From the NCBI GenBank assembly GCA_036741295.1, contig DAINSN010000001.1, positions 1 to 32,837 of the forward strand: a stretch of 32,837 nucleotides of DNA, read 5' to 3'. Positions 17,303-24,724 of this stretch are shown piece after piece (position 1 is the first letter of the stretch; each line of letters starts with the position of its first letter). The stretch comes from Gaiellaceae bacterium. Its GTDB lineage: Bacteria; Actinomycetota; Thermoleophilia; Gaiellales; Gaiellaceae. The notes under the pieces are model-generated. The model saw only the letters and a program-made list of their open reading frames with translations, was not told the origin of the DNA and did not search any database. Made by a program: the position numbers and the translations under genes.

Positions 17303-18961
17303 ATGCTCATCCTCGTCCCGATCGCGTTCGCGGCGGGCGTCATCACCGCGTTTACGCCCTGCATCCTCCCGGTGTTGCCGATCGTGCTCGCCGGTGGCGC
17401 CGGCGGGGGAACGAAGCGCCGGCCGTATGCGATCGCCGCCGGCCTCATCACGACTTTCACCGCCTTCCTCCTCGCAGGCGCCTGGCTGTGGGGCCTGATC
17501 GGCATCAGCGCGAAGCACCAGATCCAGATCGGGGCCGCTCTGTTGCTCGTGCTCGCGCTCACGCTGACCGTGCCGAAGGTAGGGGAGCTCGTGGAGCGGC
17601 CCTTCCGCTTCGCCACTCGTCGGCGCGCGGGTGACCTGGGCGGAGGCTTCTTCCTGGGCGCAAGTCTCGGGCTCGTCTTCATCCCGTGCGGCGGGCCGGT
17701 GCTCGCAACACTCACGGCAAACGCCGCGACCAATCGCGTTGGCGGCTGGATCGTCGCGATTGCGATTGCCTACGCTGCGGGCGCTGCAGTGCCGTTGCTC
17801 GCGATCGCACGCGGCAGCCGGGGTCTCGCAGCGCGGTTCCGGCAGCACGCACAGACTGTTCGCATCGCGGGTGGTGTGCTCATGGCCGCGGCCGCGGTGG
17901 TGATCTACCAGGGTTGGGCCGAGAGCCTCCAGACGAAGGTGCCCGGCTACGCGCAGTGGGTCCAGGACGCGATCGAGGGCAGCTCGGCGGCGAAGAACCG
18001 GCTCGACCGGCTCGGAGGCAAAAGCAAGGCGGTCTTCATCTCACGCGGACAGCTGGTCGGCAACGTGCCGCTGAAGGACTACGGTGCCGCGCCCGACGTC
18101 CAAGACGTTTCGGCGTGGGTCAACACGCGCCCGCTCAGCCTCCCCGAGCTCCGTGGCAAGGTGGTGCTCGTCGACTTCTGGACGTACTCGTGCATCAACT
18201 GCCTGCGCACGCTCCCGTATCTGAAAGCGTGGGATTCGCGGTACCGCTCGAAGGGTCTCGTCATCCTCGGCGTGCACACGCCCGAGTTCGCATTCGAGCG
18301 CGACCTCGGCAACGTCCGCGCAGCCGTCAAGCGCCTCGGCGTCAGGTATCCGGTCGCACTCGACAACAGCTACGGGACCTGGAAGGCGTACTCGAACAAC
18401 TACTGGCCCGCTGACTATCTGGTCGACCAGGCAGGACGCGTGCGTGACGTCCATTTCGGCGAAGGGGACTATGCGCAGACCGAACGGAACATCCGCCTCT
18501 TGCTCGAGGCCGCCAACAAGTCCGGCCGGCTACCGGAGGCCGGGCGCGACACCGACCGCACGCCACTGGAGATCAGGACGCCTGAGTCATATCTCGGCTA
18601 CCTGCGCATCGGCAACTACACGGGCTCGCCTCTGCGAACCGATCGGTCGGCCGCGTATCGCTTCCCCGCGTCGCTGACGCAAGACTCCTACGCATACGCC
18701 GGAACGTGGAAGGTCGAAGGAGAGCGGATCGTCGCCGGAGACAGCGCGCGCCTGCGGCTGCACTTCGGGGCCCGCACGGTGCACCTCGTGCTCACCGGCC
18801 GCGGCTTCGTGACGGTCAAGCTGAACGGCAAACCGCAGCCGACGGTTCGAGTGAACGGCGACCGGCTCTACACACTCGTGACACAGAAGAGCGCCGGGGA
18901 CGGTGTGCTGGACCTGAGCTTTACGCGAGGCCTCGCCGCCTACGCTTTTACTTTCGGCTAG
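17303..18961 (+). CDS. dipZ: DipZ-type protein: CcdA-like thiol-disulfide transporter fused to a thioredoxin-like domain and a C-terminal beta domain
   Basis: 552-aa ORF. The N-terminal TM domain carries TPCILP and IPCGGP cysteines. The thioredoxin motif is FWTYSCINCLR (CxxC), followed by YWPADYLVD. Confidence 0.85.
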   Translation: MLILVPIAFAAGVITAFTPCILPVLPIVLAGGAGGGTKRRPYAIAAGLITTFTAFLLAGAWLWGLIGISAKHQIQIGAALLLVLALTLTVPKVGELVERPFRFATRRRAGDLGGGFFLGASLGLVFIPCGGPVLATLTANAATNRVGGWIVAIAIAYAAGAAVPLLAIARGSRGLAARFRQHAQTVRIAGGVLMAAAAVVIYQGWAESLQTKVPGYAQWVQDAIEGSSAAKNRLDRLGGKSKAVFISRGQLVGNVPLKDYGAAPDVQDVSAWVNTRPLSLPELRGKVVLVDFWTYSCINCLRTLPYLKAWDSRYRSKGLVILGVHTPEFAFERDLGNVRAAVKRLGVRYPVALDNSYGTWKAYSNNYWPADYLVDQAGRVRDVHFGEGDYAQTERNIRLLLEAANKSGRLPEAGRDTDRTPLEIRTPESYLGYLRIGNYTGSPLRTDRSAAYRFPASLTQDSYAYAGTWKVEGERIVAGDSARLRLHFGARTVHLVLTGRGFVTVKLNGKPQPTVRVNGDRLYTLVTQKSAGDGVLDLSFTRGLAAYAFTFG

Positions 18962-19124
18962 TGCCCCTGCCGGTGATGCTGCCGAGTCTCTGGGTCGCGA
19001 GCACCAAGCCAGAGGCCGCACTCAACCGCAGCAAGGCTGGACAGCCTTGCTAAGGGCGAGGGTGGACTCTGGCGCCGCGTGATCGCGGGCCAGAGGCCGG
19101 TAAGCATTGCCGGTAGGGGCACTA
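18959..19124 (+). repeat. 166-nt rod-like imperfect inverted repeat filling the dipZ/PAC2 convergent gap; candidate structured RNA (+ strand) or MITE-like element
   Basis: 18959..18980 pairs with 19103..19124 (22 pairs: 19 Watson-Crick and 3 G-U). 18981..18993 pairs with 19090..19101 (12 more pairs, 2 of them G-U, with two 1-nt bulges). Further pairs are CGCGA 18996..19000 with TCGCG 19083..19087, and GCCAGAG 19008..19014 with CTCTGGC 19067..19073. A central hairpin lies at 19030..19051. All 5 substitution mismatches in the outer 34 pairs are G-U on the + strand, which makes them A-C on the - strand. Confidence 0.5.
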
Positions 19125-20018
19125 AGGCTGTTCCGACGGACCGCGTTCCGGTCCGCCGTTGCCACGCTCGCGCTCGCGGAGGAAGCGCGTGAGCTCGGCA
19201 GCGAGTGACTCGCCGGAAGGGATGTCCTCCTCGTCTTCCAGCAGTTCGGCACGCTGCTCGAGCTCCTCGACGTACGCCGAGGTCTCCTCGTCGGAGGAGA
19301 CCGCCTCGGTCACCTGCTCGCTGTAGCGCTCCGAAGCCTCTTCGAGCTCGGCCGTGTCGACCTTCGTTCCCAAAACGTCGCCGAGGCGCTGACAGAGCGC
19401 GAGCGCGGCGCGCGGGCTCGGCGCCAGCGAGACGTAGTGGGGGACCGCAGCCCAGAGGCTGGCCGACGGGATGCTCGCCTTGTTGCACGCGTCGTGAAGC
19501 ACTCCCACGATGCCGGTCGGTCCTTCGTAACGCGAACGTTGCAGGCCGAGACGCTCGATCAACTCCTGATCGGTCGCTCCTCCGGTCACCGGAGACGGTC
19601 TCGTGTGTGGGACGTCGGCGAGCAACGACCCGAGTGTGATCATCATCTCGACGCCGAGCTCGCGTGCAAGGTCGACGATCATGCCGGTGAAGGTCTGCCA
19701 GCGCAGGTTCGGCTCGATCCCGAGCAGCAGGACGGCGTCGCGATCGAGGCCGGGGATCGACGCGTGGTAGAAGGCGTTCTCCGGCCATTCGATGTGGCGC
19801 GTCTGTCCGTCGACGAGCGAGACGTGCGGCCGGGTCGCCTGGAAGTCGAAGAAGTTCTCCGGCTCGATGTCTGCGAACCGGTCTGCCTCCCAGATCTTGG
19901 CGAGGTAGCCGCCGGCGAGCGAAGCGCCCTGCCCCCCGTCGTTCCAGCCGCGAAAAGCGGCGATTAGAACCGGCTCGCGCAGGCTCGGACGGTCGACGAT
20001 GCGGAGTTCTTTAGCGAT
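19122..20018 (-). CDS. PAC2-family (proteasome assembly chaperone 2-like) protein; 5' end uncertain because no canonical start codon is available
   Basis: The track ORF starts at ATG 19682. The same frame is open up to TAG 20030..20028 and encodes the conserved PAC2 N-terminus ...ELRIVDRPSLREPVLIAAFRGWNDGGQGASLAGGYLAKIWEADRFADIEPENFFDFQATRPHVSLVDGQTRHIEWPENAFYH...LLLGIEPNLRWQTF. I checked every codon between 20027 and 19683 and found no ATG, GTG or TTG. The listed end of 20018 is the ATC overlapping the ctaA stop. Confidence 0.7.
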   Translation of the reverse strand: MAKELRIVDRPSLREPVLIAAFRGWNDGGQGASLAGGYLAKIWEADRFADIEPENFFDFQATRPHVSLVDGQTRHIEWPENAFYHASIPGLDRDAVLLLGIEPNLRWQTFTGMIVDLARELGVEMMITLGSLLADVPHTRPSPVTGGATDQELIERLGLQRSRYEGPTGIVGVLHDACNKASIPSASLWAAVPHYVSLAPSPRAALALCQRLGDVLGTKVDTAELEEASERYSEQVTEAVSSDEETSAYVEELEQRAELLEDEEDIPSGESLAAELTRFLRERERGNGGPERGPSEQP

Positions 20019-20946
20019 CGGCGAAGTCTACGTTCGGCCGGAAGAACAGCGTCGCGAGGGCGATCGTGCCCACCCAGACCGTGGCCGCCAGGAAGACGTG
20101 CACGAGCACGAGCCCCCATGGGAGATGCGTCCGCCACTGCAGCTCTCCCAGGCCCATCTGGGCAAGCAGCAGCACGAACACGGCTACACCGAGCTTGAAG
20201 AGGCGTGGCGCGCGATCGCGGCGCGCGGCGAGGTAGCCCAGGCTGAAAATGAAGGTCAGCAGGAAGATCCCGACGATTAGAGCGTGGATGTAGACGATCG
20301 GCTGCAGCCGTCCCAGCCGGTCGATCTTGTCCGCCGCGCCGCCGCCGGAGTGCGGCCCGGACGCGGTTGCGAGCGCTCCGCTTACGATCAGCAAGAAGCC
20401 GGCGCTCACGAACGCGAGCGCGAGCCGTCGCAACTCCGGCGGAACGAGCGGCTCGACGCGGCCGACGGCCTCCGCGCGAATCTCGAGGACGAGAATCGTC
20501 GCGCCCGCGAGCAACGCGATCGACAGCAGCAAGTGGACCGTGACGATCGGCCAGCGCAGGTCTGTCGCGATCGCAAGCAGACCGATCGGCGCCTGCGCCA
20601 GTGTCCCAAGGAACACGGCAAGTGCAATGCGCCTAACCCAACGTGACAACCCGGGCACGCGCCTCACGGCGAGCCAGGCGAGCAGCGTCACGACAATCGT
20701 CACGCCGCCGACGAGACGGTTGCCAAACTCGACGAACGCGTGCGCGTTCTTCGCCGGCAGCGGATGCCCCGCTTCGCAGCCGGGCCACGCCCGGCAGCCG
20801 AGACCTGAGTCGGTGAGCCTCACCGCAGCCCCGGTGCCGACGATGAGCCACAGCGCGCCGAGCTGCGCGATCACGAGCGGATAGATCTGCGCAGGAGTGA
20901 GGACGAGCGCCCGCAGCCGAGCGAGCGCAGTGGACTGGGCGAGCAC
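20011..20946 (-). CDS. ctaA: Heme A synthase (COX15/CtaA family)
   Basis: 311-aa polytopic membrane ORF with DSGLGCRAWPGCEAG (a Cys pair) and conserved His residues in TM helices (FGNRLVG, TVHLLLS, YIHALIV, LVHVFLA). The GTG start lies 14 nt after the upstream stop. Confidence 0.8.
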   Translation of the reverse strand: MLAQSTALARLRALVLTPAQIYPLVIAQLGALWLIVGTGAAVRLTDSGLGCRAWPGCEAGHPLPAKNAHAFVEFGNRLVGGVTIVVTLLAWLAVRRVPGLSRWVRRIALAVFLGTLAQAPIGLLAIATDLRWPIVTVHLLLSIALLAGATILVLEIRAEAVGRVEPLVPPELRRLALAFVSAGFLLIVSGALATASGPHSGGGAADKIDRLGRLQPIVYIHALIVGIFLLTFIFSLGYLAARRDRAPRLFKLGVAVFVLLLAQMGLGELQWRTHLPWGLVLVHVFLAATVWVGTIALATLFFRPNVDFADR

Positions 20947-20960
20947 GGCTTCGAGTCTAT

Positions 20961-22205
20961 TCAGAGGGGATCGAGAATCGACGGATAGCCGTCAGCCCCG
21001 TCGAACGGCGTCGGGCGCGAGCCGAGGAACAGCGGGCGGTCGGCGGCGTTCAAGAGCACAGGCATCATGTCCGGCCCGCGCAGGTGGCCGAGAATCCCCT
21101 CGGCGCACGTCGACTCTCCGAACTCCCTCACGCTGTCCGCTCGCACGCCCGGGCCTGCGACGACGAAGGGAACGGGATCGCCGGAGTGGATCACGTCAGG
21201 GGACGCGGGTGTCGCGTGGTCACCGGTCAGGCAGACGATCGCGTGGTCGGTCGGCAGATCGCCGAGCGCGCCGTCGAGAATCTCGATCATCTCCTGCTTC
21301 TGTCGCGGGTCCTTCGTGTGCCCCGCCGCATCTGCGCTCTTCACGTGGCAGAAGACGAACGTGTCGCCCGCATCGAGCCGCTTCCGCGCGAGCGCGACCC
21401 GGCCACGCAGATCCGCGGCAGCATCGGCGGTCTCGGGCTCCTCCCGCGCTGCGAGGCCGACTGCGAGTGCAAGGCCGCGCAGGAACGCGGAGCTCGCAAT
21501 GAAGGTCCCGCGAAGGCCGTGGCGTTGCTCGAAGGTCGGGACGTCGCGCGGCCTGCCCCACCACTTCAGGGTGATCACGTTGAAGCGTTCGTCTTCCAAG
21601 CGTCGCATCACTTCGCGGCTCCACTCTTCCGCGGCCCGCGCGGTTCGCTCCGCTTCGGGAACGAGCGCCTGGGGACGCAGCACGGGATGCCGGTCGCGGA
21701 AGAAGGCGTCGCTGTCGGTCACGCGCTCGTCCGCGCCTCCGGCGACGCGCAGAACCGCCTCCCCCCGCCAGACGTGGGCAAGCGAGAAGGTCAAGCCGTC
21801 GATAGTGATCCCGTCGCACAGCTCGACGAGTCGCTCCGCTTCCTCTGCATCCCGGTCCGGATCCGGCCGCCCGGTGAGCCACCAACCGTCGTCACGGCGC
21901 TCGGCCGGCCGGAGCGCGGCGTACGCAAAGACATGCTCGGCACTCACCTCCTGCCCGCGGCCGAGCGCCTCGAAGACGGCACGTCCAGGAAACTCGTCGG
22001 GCCGGTAACCGAACATCGACCAGTGGGCGACCTCGCTGGACGGCGCACGCCCCGGGCCGATCGCATAGAGGACGCCGCACGAAGCGGACGCGCAAAGCCG
22101 GTCGAGATTCGGGGTCTTCGCGGCCTCGAGCCCGCTGCGCCCGCCGAGCGACTCGTGTGCGCGGTCGGCAAGCCCGTCCAGCAGAAAGACGACGATCGGA
22201 TGCAT
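20961..22205 (-). CDS. Alkaline-phosphatase-superfamily metalloenzyme, archaeal-type cofactor-independent phosphoglycerate mutase (ApgM)-like
   Basis: 414-aa ORF. VVFLLDGLADRAHESLGGRSGLEAAKTPNLDRL, APSSEVAHWSMFGY, HVKSADAAGHTKD and CLTGDHATP match the ApgM/phosphopentomutase-type metal-binding motifs. The ATG directly abuts the upstream TGA (TGAATG). Confidence 0.75.
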   Translation of the reverse strand: MHPIVVFLLDGLADRAHESLGGRSGLEAAKTPNLDRLCASASCGVLYAIGPGRAPSSEVAHWSMFGYRPDEFPGRAVFEALGRGQEVSAEHVFAYAALRPAERRDDGWWLTGRPDPDRDAEEAERLVELCDGITIDGLTFSLAHVWRGEAVLRVAGGADERVTDSDAFFRDRHPVLRPQALVPEAERTARAAEEWSREVMRRLEDERFNVITLKWWGRPRDVPTFEQRHGLRGTFIASSAFLRGLALAVGLAAREEPETADAAADLRGRVALARKRLDAGDTFVFCHVKSADAAGHTKDPRQKQEMIEILDGALGDLPTDHAIVCLTGDHATPASPDVIHSGDPVPFVVAGPGVRADSVREFGESTCAEGILGHLRGPDMMPVLLNAADRPLFLGSRPTPFDGADGYPSILDPL

Positions 22206-22724
22206 TCAGACGGAGACGCGCTCGAGCGACCTGATCACGCGTGCAACCCCAGGCGGCACGAGCGTTTCCCACTCACCGCCGGAGCGCAGGGCCGCCCGCA
22301 CGTCGGTCCCGGAGATCTCCTTGTCGACGCCCTCGTCGAGCACGACGATCTCGTACCCGGCTTCACGCATCCGTTCGAGCTTCGTGCCGCCCCACTCTGA
22401 GAACAGTCGCAGGTACTGCGTGACGCCCGCCGGGACATATGCGGACCACAGCTCGGGCTCGTTCACCGGGAAGGGGATCACGTGCACGCGAATGCCTTCG
22501 TCCTGGGCAACGGCCTCGATCATCAGGAGCCGCTCGACGTAGGTGAACGGATTCGACTCGGGCAAGTGGCGGAGCGGATCGCTCGGCTCTTCCTTGACGC
22601 GTTGCGGATCGGGATTCGTGATTCCGACGAACACCTCGTCGGACTGCGCGGCCGCTCCGCGGAGGTATTCAAGGTGTCCGTTGTGAAAGGGCTGGAACCG
22701 CCCGTGGATCATCCCGACGCTCAC
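22206..22724 (-). CDS. Cytidylyltransferase-fold nucleotidyltransferase, archaeal NMN adenylyltransferase (NadM)-like
   Basis: GTG 22724 overlaps the selD stop (GTGA), with an alternative ATG at 22712. The product MIHGRFQPFHNGHLEYLRGAA carries the HxGH motif, and ISGTDVRAAL is the ISST-like second motif. This is only the last ~170 codons of the artefactual 729-aa track ORF. Confidence 0.75.
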   Translation of the reverse strand: MSVGMIHGRFQPFHNGHLEYLRGAAAQSDEVFVGITNPDPQRVKEEPSDPLRHLPESNPFTYVERLLMIEAVAQDEGIRVHVIPFPVNEPELWSAYVPAGVTQYLRLFSEWGGTKLERMREAGYEIVVLDEGVDKEISGTDVRAALRSGGEWETLVPPGVARVIRSLERVSV

Positions 22725-23758
22725 TCGACGAAAACGCCGGCGCCCTCCTCCACGCGGCCGATCCTGCGAACGAAGAGCCTGCGTTTCGCGAACTCCGCCT
22801 CGAGCGCGGCGCCCTGTTCCGCCGGGAGTGACACGAGCAGGCCGCCCGCGGTCTGCGGGTCGTAGCCGAGCGCCGCGAGCGTGTCGGAGAGGCCGTTGGT
22901 GGTCACGTGCGCGGCCGCGAAGTCGCGGTTGCGAGGATCTCCGCTCGTCCGCACGCCCTTGCGCGCGACGTCCAGGGCCCCGTCGATGGCCGGGAACCGC
23001 TCCGACTCGAGGCGGATGCAGACGCCGCTGCGGTCCGCGACCTCGTGAGCGTGCCCGAAGAGCCCAAAGCCCGTGACGTCCGTGACGGCATTGGGCTCGA
23101 GGGGGCGCAGGACGTCGGCAGCGTCCTTGTTCAACGTGCGCATCCAGCGAATGGCACGCTCGAGCTGCATGTCGCCGGCCTTGCCCTGCTTGTAGCCGGT
23201 CATGATCAATCCTGTTCCGAGTGGCTTCGTCAGGAAGAGCGCGTCGCCGGGCCGCGCGCCGTTCTTCGGCCAGATCCCGTCGGGACGCACCGTGCCGACG
23301 ACGGCGAGCCCGTACTTGGGCTCTGCATCGCGAATCGTGTGGCCGCCGGCCAGCAGTCCGCCCGCGGCGCGCACCTGTGCGTCTGCGGCAGCGAAGATCT
23401 CGGCGAGCATCTCGATCGGCAGCTCCTCGGGAAACGCCGCGATCGAGAGCGCCAGCAGCGGCGTGCCGCCCATCGCGAACACGTCGTTGAGCGCATTGGT
23501 CGCGGCGATCGCCCCGTAGTCGCCGGGGTCGTCCACGACCGGCGGGAAGAAGTCGAGCGTGAAGATGAGCGCACGCTCGTCGTCCAACCGATACACCGCC
23601 GCGTCGTCTGCCGGCGCCAGGCCGACGAGCAGGTTCTCCGCCTCCGCAGGAACGAAGCCGGCGAGCAGCTGCTCGAGACGGGCCGCCGAGTACTTCGCGG
23701 CACACCCTCCGCACGAGGCGAGGTCTGTCAACTTGACGCGCCCTGTTTCGATCTCCAA
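22721..23758 (-). CDS. selD: Selenide, water dikinase (selenophosphate synthetase), Cys-type
   Basis: 345-aa ORF. The TTG start is preceded by GGGAGGG (5-nt spacer). The N-terminal loop is LASCGGCAAKYS, with Cys at the Sec/Cys position three residues before the Lys. DFFPPVVDDPGDYGAIAATNALNDVFAMGGTPLLAL and VTDVTGFGLFGHAHE are PurM-superfamily SelD motifs. Confidence 0.9.
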   Translation of the reverse strand: MEIETGRVKLTDLASCGGCAAKYSAARLEQLLAGFVPAEAENLLVGLAPADDAAVYRLDDERALIFTLDFFPPVVDDPGDYGAIAATNALNDVFAMGGTPLLALSIAAFPEELPIEMLAEIFAAADAQVRAAGGLLAGGHTIRDAEPKYGLAVVGTVRPDGIWPKNGARPGDALFLTKPLGTGLIMTGYKQGKAGDMQLERAIRWMRTLNKDAADVLRPLEPNAVTDVTGFGLFGHAHEVADRSGVCIRLESERFPAIDGALDVARKGVRTSGDPRNRDFAAAHVTTNGLSDTLAALGYDPQTAGGLLVSLPAEQGAALEAEFAKRRLFVRRIGRVEEGAGVFVE

Positions 23759-23890
23759 AGGAGCCCTCCCGAGGGTTGAACCGCGAAATGTAGGGGTCTG
23801 TGAGCCTTTCGTCTACAGACTGCAGCCGGTTCACCGTTGTTACGACCCGATGACCGCTTCTATTCCCGCCTGCCGAGAGGAATTGGCCAC

Positions 23891-23956
23891 GGGGGAACCA
23901 GGCGGTTCCCCCGCAGCTTTCAGGGGAGAGGAGGAGCCTTTCGGTTCCCCCGCCGC
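23891..23956. promoter_or_regulatory. Two related 27-nt hairpin/operator-like units in the selD / SDR divergent intergenic region
   Basis: Unit A (23891..23917) is GGGGGAACC-AGGC-GGTTCCCCCGCAGC, with a perfect 9-bp stem. Unit B (23930..23956) is GGAGGAGCC-TTTC-GGTTCCCCCGCCGC. The two share 20 of 27 positions, and the exact 12-mer CGGTTCCCCCGC occurs twice, 39 nt apart. Confidence 0.4.
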
Positions 23957-24006
23957 CCAGTTCTGCACGATCGGCGCGGCACCTTCCGACTTGAAAAGAT
24001 GACTCC

Positions 24007-24699
24007 GTGGACAAGGCGGCGCTCGTGACAGGTGGCTCTTCTGGTATCGGCTTCGCCATCGCGAGCATGCTCCGCGAAAACGGCTTCGCCCTGACACTCG
24101 CCGCCAGGACGCGCGAGAAGGTCGAGCTCGCGGCGGAAACGCTCGGTGCCCATGCCGTCGCCGCCGACGTTGCGAAGGAGGAGGACTGCCGCCGCCTCGT
24201 CGACGAGCATCGCGAACGGCACGGACGGCTCGACGTACTCGTGAACTCCGCCGGAGTCGGGATCGCCGGCCCCGTCGACGAGCTCGAGACGAAGCACATC
24301 GACCTGCAGTTGAACGTCAACCTGCGCGGCACGATCCTGGTGACGGCGGCCGCACTTCCGCTCTTGCGTGAAGCGCGCGGCCTGATCGTGAACATCGCGT
24401 CGATTGCCGGAACAGGCCCGGCCGGACCGCTGTCGGTCTACGGCGCGACCAAGGCGGGCGTGATCAACTTCACGGGCTCACTCGGCCGCAACGAGGAGAA
24501 GCATGGCGTCCGCGCGACCGCGCTCAGCCCTGGCTTCGTGGACACGCCGATGACCTCGTGGGCCCCGGTCCCGCCCGAGCGCATGATCCGTCCGGAGGAC
24601 TGCGCCGAAGTCGTACGTGCATTGCTACGCCTCAGTCCGTACGCTCGGCTCCCTCACATCGTGATCGAGCGCGTGGACTCGGCCGATCTCGGCGCCTAG
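24007..24699 (+). CDS. Short-chain dehydrogenase/reductase (SDR) family oxidoreductase
   Basis: 230-aa ORF with a GTG start. It has the cofactor motif VTGGSSGIGFAIA, then NSAG, and the catalytic YGATK (YxxxK). Confidence 0.85.
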   Translation: MDKAALVTGGSSGIGFAIASMLRENGFALTLAARTREKVELAAETLGAHAVAADVAKEEDCRRLVDEHRERHGRLDVLVNSAGVGIAGPVDELETKHIDLQLNVNLRGTILVTAAALPLLREARGLIVNIASIAGTGPAGPLSVYGATKAGVINFTGSLGRNEEKHGVRATALSPGFVDTPMTSWAPVPPERMIRPEDCAEVVRALLRLSPYARLPHIVIERVDSADLGA

Positions 24700-24724
24700 A
24701 GCTCGCCGCGATATCTCCCGCCGT

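Noticed and set aside
20005-20030. Programmed +1 frameshift fusing CtaA to PAC2 at CGC-TAA-A
   Set aside because: The P-site codon CGC cannot re-pair in the +1 frame (GCU). There is no internal SD-like stimulator, and a fusion of a polytopic membrane enzyme to a cytosolic chaperone is implausible. Non-canonical or coupled initiation, or start-codon loss, is more parsimonious.
23759-24006. Possible tRNA-Sec (selC) or SECIS-like element next to selD
   Set aside because: No GGTTCGA-type T-loop, no CTTCAAA anticodon loop and no acceptor-stem pairing are present on either strand. SelD is Cys-type with no in-frame TGA.
22206-24395. 729-aa minus-strand ORF spanning selD, its upstream region and part of the SDR gene
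   Set aside because: Only its last ~170 codons (22206..22724) are protein-like, with the HxGH nucleotidyltransferase motif. Upstream of that it runs out of frame through selD and antisense to the SDR gene, giving Arg/Ala/Pro-rich nonsense typical of high-GC read-through.
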